Below the pieces are notes generated by a model. That model saw only the letters and a list, made by a program, of their open reading frames with translations. It did not search any database and was not told the origin of the DNA. From Lama glama (Eukaryota), in NCBI GenBank assembly GCA_028534125.1, contig CM052817.1, positions 10,728,001 to 10,792,000 of the forward strand: 64,000 nucleotides of DNA. Reading direction: 5' to 3'. The position numbers were made by a program, and so were the translations under genes. This document shows, piece by piece, positions 24,391 through 37,309 of the stretch (positions within the stretch are counted from its first letter, which is position 1; each line of letters starts with the position of its first letter).

Positions 24391-27300
24391 CAACAGCCCT
24401 GTAAACGGATGGGTGCTTCTTCCCCGTGTCACATGTACACTCTAGAGCTGCCATTACACCCCATGAGATCCTTATAATCAAGAAATAAATCTGGGTAAAC
24501 AGTGAGATAATAATTTTGGTGGTCTTGGCACATAGCAGGATAAGTCGAAGTTCACTTAATGCAAAAAAAAAATCATTATTTGTATACAAGAAATCAAGAG
24601 AAGCATCATGAAAGGCAGGCAGAAGCTTTTGTAGAGAAGTGCTTGAGATGCTCTGACTCTCACCTTGGTTTCTCCCTTGAGCAGTGCTGCCCCCAGCCTG
24701 ACCACTACTGGGCACAGCCTGCCTGTCAGGCAAGGTCCATTCATGAGATGATGTGTGGAAAGGATTTAGCTCAAGGAACACACAGGAAGGACTCAGTGAA
24801 TGTTGTTCCTAATTTATTACTCTTTCCAAAGCTACTTTCCTCTTGAAGCTTCTCCATTCAATCCATGAAGGATGATAGTCCCAATTTCCACCCCCCGCCC
24901 CGTCTTGTTGAGTCTCTCCTATAGCTCGGAATGCATCCTGATTTATGTTGTAGTTATCTGTGGACTTCTTTATCTTATCGCCCCACCTAGATTGTAAATT
25001 CTGATCCTTTTATCCCCTGTGGAGGCTCCCCGGGCTTTGTGTAGATCACGCTGCGGGTAGCTGGCCTCCCAAACGCACTGGGGGCATCTAGCCTGCAGAT
25101 CCTCTGATTTAATTTATTACTAACCCTCTAGGCTATAACTTGTTTTAAGCATCTTTGTGTAAAGCTGCCATTGTGCTCAACAGGGAGGCATTCTTTCTGG
25201 ACTAGCCTCTTATGGGAGGCAAATCCTCCCCTCTTCAGGAAAAAAGGAAAGCCCCTATTCAATTGGACCACTTATCGATCCACTTATTGATAATGAGGAC
25301 TTTGGGGCCAGGTCTGTATTTTGGGGACTGTCAGTTGCCTTTAGGTAAAAGAGAGACAAAGAAAGTTAAAGGAGGTTGATGATACTTTCCAGCACTTTGG
25401 TGCTTCACGTCTTCAAAGCACTTTACACAAATCAACTAATGAACACTTCATCACACAGCACGTGGTCTCTCCCGGGGATTTGGAAGGCTCTAGGCTTCAA
25501 TTCTGCAGCAAGACTTGAAAGAGGTGGGCAATTTGTGGTTAACAATTGCGTTTATGATTGCGCTTCCTAAAAGAGAGACAATCACGTCTCTTGCCTTTCA
25601 CTGAGCAAGTCCTGGCTGCATGTTTGTTGACTGACTGACTGAGTCCAACTGATGGCATCAAATAAGGCCCTTCCTCTGCTCTCCCCCTTCTTCGGGTCTC
25701 ATCAAAAGGCACAGGCCAACTTCATTCCAGAAAGTTCTTTTCAATGCTGCATTAGGTGATTTAATGTAAAACATCTAGATCCATAGTCCCTTATAAAAAT
25801 CAGGTGCAAGGTTTGGAACTTGTTCCCAGGGAAATGCTAAGTGCATGCAGCACACGCTGCAAACATTTGCATGATTTTTTCAGAGCTCTGTCTGAAACCC
25901 AAATTAAGACCGTCTGCTTCAGGTATTGTTTGGAAGCAGCCAGCTTAAAAAGGATCACCTATGTCCAGTTTGGGGAGAAATAATTTATTTTGCCAAGAGT
26001 ACTTTGGTTTCACTGGTTTAAAAGCAAAATTCTTAAGTGCATTTGCCCTTTTCAGATTAAGCATCAAGAATATTTTTAAATGTTCTATGAATACGTTTTG
26101 TTTAAAAATCGTTAAGTGAAACAGTGTGCTTTCTGGTCACAGCCATTTGCAGTGACCTTAGGGACTTGTTTTTCTTCTTCTTAGCCTCATCTAATGGCAT
26201 ATTCTCACATTTGGGAAAATAGGAAATGTTCTGCCTGGCTTCTTAGTGAGTGGATGTGTAGTGATGAGGGAAGACTTTTCTGAAAACTTGGCAGTGCTGA
26301 CAGCAATGTTTACTAAATCCTCCATAAATACCCCCAACAGAGCCAAACAAAGGATGTCAGGAAACCCTGACACCCCAACACCTAATTCCCAGACTTACTG
26401 AAAATGAGGAAGGAAAATAGTTTGTGGGCAATTGGCTGGAAAGGATCCTCACTTCCTAAGAAGAGTGGACATTTTGAGAAGGAGGCTGGGAGAGAAGAAA
26501 GCAAAGATCAAAAGGAAGCGTGAAGCCCCTCAGGAGTGGCCCTCCAAAAATAACAGCTTGCATTTCAATAGTCAGCCTTGAAATGCAGAAATCTAAGATT
26601 CCTTCCAAAAAGACCTATGATATTGACAGCTGCTTAAATCTCAAAGAAGCATGGGTAGAGTTTGTTTGCCCTGAACACAATGTCACTAACACCTGCCTCA
26701 GGGAATGTGTCCCCACTTCCTGGTGTTTTGTGGGGAAAGGAAGGAATTAGAAAATTCCATGAATTAAAGCCAAAGATAAAAGGGTTTTCCACACTTCTCC
26801 CCAACTGATGTGCAAATTTGCCCTTCCGCTGGCCCAGGTGTCCTTAACCAATTGTGAGATCCAGCTGTTTTCAGATAGAGCAGGAATTTAGTAGTTCAAG
26901 TCCAAGATTCTTAAAGATAAGAGATAACCAGTTAAGTGGGTTTGTCTCCTTCCAGAATTTCTCGTCAAGCATCCTGGATTCCTTCCCTTGACTCATCAAT
27001 TTCCTTCCTGGTTGATAGTTATCTGTATCCAATCACTATATCTGCTCTTTTCACAACTAAAAGGGTCAAATGGTAAATATGTCCAGTTCACTTGCCTGTC
27101 TAGCTCAGCCTGGAGGCACAGTGAGATGGTAGGAGAAGATTGTGCTGAGTTAAGTTCCTGCTCCTTCCTGAATTTGAGTCATAGAGACAGATTTGGGTTT
27201 GAATCCTGGCTTTGAGAGTCAGACAGCTCACTCAACTCTTTGCATCTTGGTTAATTCATTTATAAAAACATCTCATCTAATAAATTTGTGGTGACGATAA

Positions 27301-27769
27301 GATGAGATATTTAAATATATATAAGTATATTCTGCCTCATTCCATAAAAAAATTTGCAGTGGTATACCTGCCCCGCTGCCCACATACAACCACACTTTAA
27401 AATATTTTAAAAAGGAATTTAAAAAAAGAATACTAAAGATTTAATAAAGTATGCTTTTCAATTAAAAGTATATATACAATAATATATACTCATTTTTAAA
27501 TTTGAGGCTTAGGGAATATTTTAGAAACCAATTTTTTTTTAAACTTCAGAATAAATGGACAGAGGTTGAAGAAAACACAAGATACGAGTTTTTCTATTTA
27601 ATTTTCAATCACTGACTTCCTATCCCTGGACAGGAAGCTGAGATATCATCTGTCTGTTTCTACCTCCAGGATGGTGACACTTAGGTCAAGATTCCAGAAA
27701 GGGGCAGGGCAGGGTTAGTTGATGCCCCTTACCCTCACTCATATCAGATTCCCCGCATCTGAGTGGTGC

Positions 27770-27925
27770 TTTGTAAACCCCTGTGAGATGCAAGACATGG
27801 GAATTTTAATGCCCATTCTGACCATGAGGGAAATGGGCTTGGAAGGGAAAAAGTGGTTTCTCTAAGGTCACACAGGGAGTTAGCAGGGTTACTGGCACAA
27901 TCCCAGGTCCCTGACTCAGAGGTTA
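27770..27925 (-). mobile_element. MIR SINE
   Basis: 'cccctgtgagatg...gcccattctgaccatgagggaaatgggctt...taaggtcacacag...cccaggtccctgactc'. Confidence 0.75.
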
Positions 27926-28399
27926 CACAGTGCCATTAAACTTTTCAATCCCAATTTTGTACATTGTCTCTACTTTTCAAAGTTTCCTTCCTTGTTCCCT
28001 ACCCAGCTGTAGTTTCATTTGTGGTCCTGTTTCTTATGAATTACGTCTTTATTTTATCCAGAGATCAAGATATTAACCTCCCAGAATGATTTTCCCCAGG
28101 AACAAGCTGCTCCGGAAATAAGGAAAAGCACTGGTACCTACGTGTCCCGGCTCCGTGCAGATGGAAGGTGGTGCGTGCTCCTTGCCAAGGTTAGTTCTAG
28201 TGATTACTCCAAACATATGAGCGATACATTTCACTCATTAAGCACAATTCTCAAATTCTGGTATTTTAAGATAATTAAAAATCTGAAGGCAATCCTAACG
28301 CTTTCTTTTTCTGGGAAAGAAGTGTGAAAATGCCGTGTTCAAAACTGAGATGCTATGAATTCTGCTCTTCTTCTGTTTCTGCTACCACTGCCAGATGAC

Positions 28400-28600
28400 A
28401 CCGAATGCCATGCACTGTGCTAGGCGCTTCATGTGCATCACGCCACACAATCGCCTATGAGATAAGCACCCGTAGCACTGCCATTTTACCAAGGAAGAAG
28501 TGAGGGTTGAAGGAGGTTAAGTCATTCAGAGTTGTGAAAGTAGTAAGTGGTGGAGGCCAGATTCAAATCCAGTGGTTTCTCATTCCAGAGCCTGTTCTCT
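28400..28600 (-). mobile_element. MIR SINE
   Basis: 'gcactgtgctaggcgcttca...ccattttaccaaggaagaagtgagg...gaggttaagtca...gccagattcaaatccag'. Confidence 0.8.
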
Positions 28601-29245
28601 AGCCCACGACTCTGTCCTGTTTTCTCTGCTCCATGGAAAGAAACTGCTTATGATTCTAGAATAGTCGACAACATATTGGTTTTCATAATGTAAGGTTTTG
28701 GTTACAGTGGAGGAAACGGATAACACAGCGAACCTTACCATTTTAGCCTTCAATTTGGAAAAACAAACAAGCAACCACACACACATATAAATACACACCC
28801 TCTAAAGTGATGCATTGTATGCTAGGCACCAGCGTTGCCAAATATAATGAAGATGTAATTTTTAAGAATTCACAGTTTAACAGGGGACAAGAAATGCAAA
28901 AGCCTATACCTTTATTTAGGAGTTAGGACAGATATACAGTTATAAGGGAGTGAAAAACACTTTCTGAGGATGTCGGGAAAGACTCCCCTGAAGAAGTATC
29001 TTCTTGAGCTGGCTTCAAAGCATGCTGACCTTCAGGAAAAGCGCATTTGATGTAGAAGTCTGGGCAAGGACAGACACCTGCAGCACTGGCAGTAAGTGCA
29101 TGACATGGGGGGCCTGGGGCTGGTAGCAGAGGTGAGGCTGTGGAGAGGTCGGCTGGCATTGGATCAAGAAGAGGGCCTCTTAGCCAGTAATTTTATGTCA
29201 GTTTCCAATTCATCTCTGCCAGACCTTGTGGTATTAAATGGTGGT

Positions 29246-29809
29246 TGTGTTACTGTGGGTTGTCGAGAGAAACAGAGCCAATAGGACTTATATTATAATA
29301 TTATAATAATATATATGTAATTATATATTCTAAATGTAATCTCATATTATCTACATAATTATAATGTGTACATAGTTATATTATATATGTTTATATTATG
29401 TTACATTGTTATATTTATGAAGACATTTATTGTAAGGAATGAGCTTACACATTTACGGAGGCTGAGAAGCCCCAAGATCGGCAGTGGGCAAGCCGGAGGC
29501 CCAGGAGAACGATGGCATTGGTCCAGTCCAAGTCTAAAGGCCAGAAAAGCCAATAGTGTAAATTATACTCCAAATCTGAGTCCGAAGGCAGGAAAAGACT
29601 GACCATGTCTCAGCTCAAAGAAAGTCACTCAGAGTGTGAATTCCTGTTTCTCAGCACTTTTATTCTATTCAGGCCTTCCTGGTAAGGATTAGAAGAGGCC
29701 CACCCACAATGGGCAGGACAACCTGCCTCATTCAGCCACAAACACCCTCACAGACACACCAGAATAGTGTTTAACCAAATATCTGGCACCCTGTGGCCCA
29801 ACCATCACA
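29246..29809 (-). mobile_element. ERVL solo LTR (MLT2B-like) with expanded AT-rich tract
   Basis: 'gagagaaacagagccaatagga...ggaggctgagaagccccaagatc...cacccaca...aaacaccctcacagacacaccagaatagtgtttaaccaaatatctggcaccctgtggcccaaccatcaca'. Confidence 0.88.
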
Positions 29810-29939
29810 TTGTCCCAATTTTGTTCCCCGAAGGTATGGTCACCAGTGCTAAGAAATGTGTCTTAATGTATTTGAAAAGCAGAGCCTTTATTAAACTACA
29901 CCACACCATGTAAGTGTTTAAGCATTAGGATTTGATTCA

Positions 29940-30090
29940 GCAGAAAGGCAGTGGGTGTGGTAGAAAAAAACAGTTTGTGGAGCCATACAGCACTGGGCTC
30001 AAATCCTGGTTGCTTTCCACCCCTCTGGCCTTGGGGAAATGCCCTGCTGTTTTAGAGATTCCGTTTTCTCATCCATAAAATGGGGATGAT
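29940..30090 (+). mobile_element. MIR SINE
   Basis: 'ctgggctcaaatcctgg...ggccttgggga...gttttctcatccataaaatggggatgat'. Confidence 0.75.
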
Positions 30091-32123
30091 CAGAAGTGAT
30101 ATTCAAAATGTTTAACAGCTGGTTCATATAGGCACCCAGCAATTAAAACAGAAGTCAGCCATTGGGGGAGGGCGGGGTGGGAGGTGTATCATGTGTACCA
30201 CCTACACATCCACCCTAGAGGTAACGACACCCACTTCATGGGGGAGGGGTGAGGATTAACTGGTGGAGAAACGGCCCACAGAGACACTCAGCAAAGGCCA
30301 AGCAGGGTAAGAGCTCATCTTCCAGCTCATGCTGTCTTCGTTTTTCCAATCAGAAAGATAAGGTTTCTCTCAGCCTCGCCTCTTTGCTGCAGGTGTAGAT
30401 CAGCTCCTCTCTCCCTTACCTCTGAAGCTCTGAAGGGCTGCTTTTGGTCTACACAGTCACAGTGACGTTGAGGGCAGGGGCCACCGTGGCCACAGAGATC
30501 TTAGTTTTATAAAGGCAGCAAAGAGAATTCTCCTCTGGGGCATTTTGGCAGGATCTAGGATAATTAAAAGTGCAAACTCCCTTCCATGTGAGAGACTGGT
30601 GTGTGTTTCTTCCTCCTTCCAGTGTGCCTTCCTGACGGCAGGGGCTGGGAAGCTAGGCATTGCCCAGACTCCCTTGCAGGTAGGGTTTTTAATGTAAAGT
30701 AGATTCCATCAATCTGAAGCACTGTATGGGACTTAATAGGCAAAAACAAGGTAGACACTTTGTTCCTGCTTTATCTGGGGTCTTCAAATTTGTGGGTGTC
30801 AAAAGTCAGGGCATAGAGCATCATTGACTGGTGCAGGGCAGTTCTGAAGTCATAGCAGCAATGGTTTCCTGATCCTCACTGATTCCTGGTCATGGTGCTT
30901 TGATCATGGTTCCATAGCGGTGTGGTTCTTAGGAACTGAGAACTGTGTGGCAACTTCTCAGTTAGGCAACAGCTCCTTTGGTGGAGCAGCACAACAATGT
31001 AATATTGAGAATTATTTCTGAAAGTTCTAGCTGGAGTCTTTATTTCCTGCAGTGGATTTGATGTCCTGCCACTAAATGTAGGTGGGTTATATTCTTGAGC
31101 TCTTTATCTGAGAATTTAACCATGGATACACCTATGAGCCATGTGTGTGCAAAAAAAAAATGCATGCAGAGCATCCACCAAAGTGTTGCTTCATATTAAG
31201 AGCTGAAAATAACCTAAATGCTCATTAACAGGGATTGGTTAAATAAGTGATATTGCATCCACACAACAGAAACTTACGTTGACAATTCAATTTTTTAAAA
31301 GAAAATAGATCTAGCTATGTGGTTGCAGAAGGAAGTGCATAGCATAATGTTGGTAATGTTGATAATATTTTAATATTTCTGCATGGATAGGCATACCTAC
31401 TACTCATAGCCCATAACTCTCTGCCTACATATGGGCATGTGACTATGTAGTCCTGGGGAATGTTAGCAAGTCATACTGCAGTCAAAATGGGAAGCAGCCT
31501 TAGCAATTACACATGAATGGCAGAGCAGAAGGAGGGAAACTGGACCTCTGACAACATAATTAAGCCACTGAGTCAAATCAACTTTGAACCAAGCTCTTTC
31601 TCTGAACTTTCAGTTATCCAAGTCCACAAATCCTGTTTATTCCTGAGGACAATATGAGTTTGGTTTTGGTTTCTTGCAATGGAACATGATCTATAAATTA
31701 AGTGAAAAAAAAGCAAGGAGCAAGAAAAGGATGTGTGATGTAGTACCCATTTGTGCTAAAAAATATTAAAAATTCATATACATTAATGCACTTGACTGTG
31801 CATAGAAAATTTTTGGAAGAAACACACGAATGTTCACTGTGATTGTTTCTGAGCAGTGAGTTTGGGAGTCCTGGAGTAAGAGGAGACTTTTCATTATTTT
31901 GTTAGTTTGAACTCTGGGATTCTAGCTTCTGGAGAGGAACCAGTAGAGAGCCAGACACCATTTGTTTTTCACATCAGCTTCCCCAGGGGGCCACAGCTTC
32001 AGAGCAGACCCAACCTCTTGCAAGATTCTCCCTCACACCCAACACCATTAGTCATCACTAGAAACCTTGCCTGGCCCTTTCATCCTGCCCTGTTCGTGTT
32101 CTTGTTGTTCCCTGTGACTTGAA

Positions 32124-33338
32124 TGGCATCACAGCTTGGGCTTCCTGGGACGCAGTCTCTGAAATGAGACTGGTGAGCAGGAAATCGATGGAGGAGAACT
32201 CTGGCAGAAGTGGGCAGAGGGGAAGGTCGGACTGTGGTGCTGAAAGGAAGAACTCTTACTTCTCTCCGTAGTCTCCACACTCTGAGGGGAAGAGGTCTTC
32301 TGCTCTACTACTCACTGCTTCACTTCTGATCACCAAATGTGTGAGATTTAGGCACACAATTCTCCAACACCAGCAGGGGTCCTACAATTTGATTCAGTTC
32401 TGACTGTCTATATAGAGCTAGCACGGACCGCACAGGGTTGAGGACTCAGTCCTTTATAGGATTTGTGACCATCCCTCCCACTCCAGGTGCCAGCTGCAAG
32501 TCCAGGTTGCCAGCTGCGCTCCCAACCAACCAGCTGCAAGTCCTCCTCCAGTTCAATAATTTGCTAAAACAGTTCACAGAACTTAGGAAAACAGTTTACT
32601 TATTAGATTACTGGTTTGTTATAAAAAGACACAGTTCAAGAGCAGCCAGAAATAGTCTGATGCGCATAGCTAGATAGGTGGGAAAGGGCTCAGAGCTTCA
32701 AAGGTTGTCTCTTGGACACACCACCCTCCTGGCATCTCCACATGTTCACCAACTCAGAAGCTCTCCATACCCAATCATTTAGGATTTTTTATGGAGGTTT
32801 CATTACATAGGCATGATTGATTAAATCATTGGCCACTGGGGGTTCATGCAACCTCTGGTCCCTTTTCCCTCTCCAGAGGTCAAGGGGTGGGGTGAACTGT
32901 CTACTCAGAAGCTTGGTTCTCCTGGCCACCAGCACCCATCCTGAGATTATGCAGGAGCTCCAGCCACCAGTCACCACATCAGCATACAGAAGAACAGTTA
33001 CCACTTCAGAGATTTCAAGGGTTTCAGGAGCTGTGTGTCAGGAAGCAGGGAAAGGAGGGCAGAGAACAAACAAGGTCTTGGCTAAGCCAGCAGAAATTCT
33101 GAGGCTGAGCTGGCCCTTCAGAGTCGTCCCAAACAGAGATATGGAGCTGGGCCTCTGTATTCCTGTATCAGTCAGTCACAGGGTGCGGGTGCCCCAGGGG
33201 AGAGGGCCCACCGTGGGTGAGAGGCCTCTCTGCTGCTGAAGGCTAACAATCGGGAGCTGGGGCCACCTTCCCACAGCTGAGGGCATAAATCCTTCAGGCC
33301 TGAAGGGGACCAGAGGGGACAGCACTGCATCCCCCACA
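32124..33338 (-). mobile_element. ERVL LTR (LTR33-like) split by a MER21-like LTR
   Basis: Outer parts 32124-32240 ('gcttgggcttcct...gcagtctctga') and 33070-33338 ('ggcccttcagagtcgtcccaaa...cctgaaggggacc...cagcactgcatcccccaca'). Confidence 0.65.
32240..33070 (-). mobile_element. MER21-like LTR
   Basis: 'cacttctgatcaccaaatgtgtg...gtcctacaatttgattcagttctgac...ttttatggaggtttcattacataggcatgattgattaaatcattggcc...gagatttcaagggtttcaggagctgtgtg'. Confidence 0.85.
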
Positions 33339-33369
33339 AATGTTCCCTATTCTCATTTGCTCGCCAGAT

Positions 33370-33578
33370 CCCCATGTTTGCCTCCACACCTGCTCATGTA
33401 AACTCTTCAGATAGGAGCCTCAGTGTCCTGAGTTCACTGTCCTGCCCCGAACTTCTACCTGCAGCTTTTCTTCCCCATGTTCGCCTCCACACCTGCTCAT
33501 GTAAACTCTTCAGATAGGAGCCTCAGTGTCCTGCTGAGTTCACTGTCCTGCCCCGAACTTCTACCTGCAGCTTTTCTT
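33370..33578. repeat. Near-perfect tandem duplication (103 bp + 106 bp)
   Basis: Copies at 33370-33472 and 33473-33578 differ by one T/C substitution and a 3-bp CTG indel. Confidence 0.95.
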
Positions 33579-36500
33579 GTTATTTCTCCATGAAGAACCA
33601 CAAGAGTGAGTCCACCTCCATGCTAAGCACGTCACGGTCATCATCTCCTTTAATAATCCAAACAACCTCTGCAGTCAAGACCACCTTGCCCTCAGTGAAG
33701 AAGGAGCCTGGGTCCCAATTAGGTTAGAAAACTTACCCAAGGTTACAACTGCTAATAACTGTGTGTTCATAGACACCGGTCAGCAACACTGCCTATCACA
33801 GACGGGTCTCAAAGGGAACAGGGGTCACAGCAGGGAAGTCTGAGGGGGCTGCAGAAGGAGACAGCAGTCGATCAAAATGGCAGCTTCTGGGAGTGCTGAG
33901 GATCTGGGTTACCTCCATCGACGTCCGTCATCCCCTTCCCAAACCTCCCTAAATCTTAAGCTCCAGTGAAAAGATGCAACCCTTGGTCACATCTCCCTTT
34001 CACCACTTCTAAGTCTCTCAAATATGGAAATTCTTCATCACCACTGGCCAGACGCCCCTGCCCCTTCCCGCTATGACTCTGAAAGTCCCTATACACAGAG
34101 TGGAAACTATGACTCAAATGTACTAAAATATAGGCTATAGGTAGCCCATATAGTTATTGGGGCCCAAACTCCTGTAGGTCTGCAGTATTTCACTATGTTT
34201 TCACAACCCTCCCCTCTCTGCTGGAGGAAGAATTTTTTAAAAATTATTACTATCATTACCATTAAAATAAATCAGATGAGCCTATTTGTAAAATTAGAAT
34301 TTAGAGAACAGATTCATTTCACTCCCCACCATCCCCACCCCGACTCTGTCCCAGGCATTGAGTTCAAAGGACTAAGGCAGTGATGCCCACAATTTCTAGT
34401 CACTGCGCTTATTTTTAAAAGAAAGAAAAGGAAAAAGAAGCCTAAATGACGCTATTATGGTGGCTAATTAAACGTCTTCTTTGCACTTACAATGCATTCA
34501 TTTTTGAGGATCATTACTTTCCATGTAGCTTCTTTCAAGAGCTTGGTTTAAAGTTTTAAGTTAGGGAAACCACAAGGCAAGGCTTAAAGCCACAGGCCAT
34601 GTTTCCACCAGTGGCAAAGTGTGAGTGGGTTGCCAGGAGAACTCCAGGAGGAGAACACGATCATGGAGCTGCCATTTCTTCTGAAGCACATGACCCACGA
34701 AGAGGAGGAGCAGCTACTCTCTTTATAGCAGAGCCGCTGAGTTTAGGGATAAGGGTGTGTTTGCAAATAGCCTTGAGCTAATGTTCAAAATTCAGGGTGT
34801 TCTTTCCTACTTACTATTCACTTATTCCACAGAAAGAAAAACATGCATTGCCCTAGGGGTGGCAGACACTCTGATGTACATCGGGGAAGTGGGGAGAAAG
34901 TAGGCGAGGCTCAGAGATGGCTCTGGAGAGAAGGCAGCACTGAGCTAGGGCCCTGGAGATGGCTCAGACTGCTGCCAGCGGACCGTGCAACTCTCTTTCT
35001 GGCTTCATGTTGTCTTGTTTTGTTTAGTTTGAAGTTGGCCACTGTGAGGTCCTTTCCACCCTGAAGAGAGCAAACACCACAATCAGGGCTTCTTCCTGAA
35101 CCCTTTTGGAGAGCTGGGGCATCAGCATGGCAATGGCCAGACCTCATTTTCCGGACGGAAACTGAGGCAGAGAGAGGAAGAAGGTTTATTCTCAGCCTTT
35201 CATACGCCAGCACAGCATTCGGCATGCTGTAAATGCTCAATAAATACTGAATAACTAGCTAAAATGGGGACACTCAAATTTCTAGCCTCCTCCTCCCTAA
35301 GTTGTTGATAAAATGTGCATGAAAGTGTACAAGGTAATGCAGTTCTTCTAAACGAAAATGCAGTTGCAGAAACATGTACCAAACCCTGGAAAACATAACA
35401 CTGGGTGTTACAGAGAAAATAAATTGCTAACATATTCTTCTCTAGCAGAGCTTTGACTACCCTTTGTTTCTAATCAAATTAGATATTTGACATGATCCCT
35501 TCCAGATCTCCCAAGTGTGGCCCAGATCTGCAAGGCCATTTTGGACTAAAGCTCCCCATTTTCAACAGTAAAAGATGTCATTTACGACTCAGATTTCTCC
35601 GGCGCTAAACAAAACATTAATCCAAAGTGAAACTCTGTACAGTCAAATATTTAGGTAAAGGCCAAGTCCAATTTCAACAGATGATACCTGTGAGTTGAAA
35701 AAAAAATCTGCTGACATTTGGAAATGTGTGTTGGCGAAAGTGAATAAGGATGAAAATATATGTTTGCCATTAGAAAAAGATACGCGTTGGAGATGTGATT
35801 TGAATGATAAGGAGTACCCACCCGTATTAAGTAGCTCATTTTACCCAGAAAAAAACAACAACGAAAAAGGTTTAGTGAGATAGAGACACAGCACAGTAAC
35901 CACTTACCAATACTGTATTGCAAATGTCCGATTGGAATCAAATCACAAAAAAAAAAAAAACCAGTTCTGAACCCTGAATGTATAACTTACATTCCTCCCT
36001 CTGCCACCCCCCAATTTCCTCCCCTCCCCCAACTCTGGTAATGATGTGAATGCTCAAAAGTCAAGACTGGGTTACGAGGGGACCAAGAAGAATGTTTTAG
36101 ATGAAATCAGATGTGACCCCTGGAATCAGAAACATTTGCTGAGGGTGGTTTTAATTATGGGGGCCTCCCTCCACTTCCCGAGACCACTCTGCTGCAACGT
36201 GGTGCCTGCCCCTCTAAAAATGTGCACAGCCTGCCAGCCTACCAGCAGGAAGGGTTTATGGCCTCGCACTCCATTAAAAAAAATAAATAAATCAGAAGCC
36301 CCTGAGGCAGTCGCATGTTTAGAAGCAGTGAAATTGCAACCTGTTTGCCTCTTCTTAGACATTGAAATTCCCAGCCCAGACACAGCCTTATAAGTGGAGA
36401 CTAAACCTTATTGTGCAGGAATTAAAATTCTTTTGCTCTGATGCAGTCTGGCTTACGGCATCTGGCCCAGAGCTGAAGCCCAAGGGCTCATCCTGTGTTT

Positions 36501-36875
36501 TCCGACCTCTCATAAAATTGTTGAGCCCTAATGGAAGGAAAGAGTTCTGCGTCTTAAAAAAAAAAATGGAGGTACTTTGTTACAAACTCAAGTTCTTTAA
36601 ACAAGGCAGTCGGTTGAACTCTGAGAGCAAGGCCACTTCAAGATGCAAAGGAAATGAAGTCCATAAATGTGGGAGTTTGAATCTAATATCACTGGGCAGG
36701 AGAGGGGGGTGTGGAATTTCTGTCTCTGGAAAGAAAGAAATGAGAGAACTCAGTATTGAAAGCAAAAGAAGAGTCACTAGCCACAGAATGGGAAAGAGAA
36801 TCTAAAAATATTTAGCTTTGAGGGGGAAGTGTGCCAACCATCAAAACTGTCCTCTTCAGATAGTTGAAGTGTTGG

Positions 36876-37277
36876 TGTGAGTGTTAATTTTATGTGTCAA
36901 CTTGGCTAGGGGATGGTACCCAGTTATTTGATCAAACACCAGTCTAGATGCTGCCGTGGGGTATGTTGTAGATGTGATCACCATTTAAATTGGGAGACTG
37001 AGTAAAGCAGATTACACATCATAATGTGGGTGGGCCTCGCCCAAACAGTTGAAGTCCTTAAGAGACAAGACTGAATTCCTCTGAGGAAAAAGGAATTCTG
37101 TCAGTAGACAGCCTTCAGACTCAAGGCTGAAACATCAGCCCTTCCCTGGGTGTTCAGCCCATGGCCTGCCCTGTAGATTTCAGAATTACTGTCCTCCATG
37201 AGCCAGTTTCTGAAGATAAACCTCTATAAATATATACCTGATTGGTTCTGTTTCTCTGGAGAACCCTGACTAATAGG
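36876..37277 (+). mobile_element. ERVL solo LTR (MLT2 family) with 5-bp TSD
   Basis: Begins 'tgtgagtgttaattttatgtgtcaacttggctag' and ends 'ttggttctgtttctctggagaaccctgactaata'. GTTGG is duplicated at 36871-36875 and 37278-37282. Confidence 0.92.
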
Positions 37278-37309
37278 GTTGGTGTATGAAGGAGAAACAA
37301 GAAAGAGAA

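Noticed and set aside
33370..33578. Repeat array or CRISPR-like structure
   Set aside because: Only two long adjacent copies with no spacers, in eukaryotic DNA.
36046..36805. Overlapping 115-aa and 147-aa ORFs
   Set aside because: No recognisable domain, no convincing splice or start context, and lengths compatible with chance.
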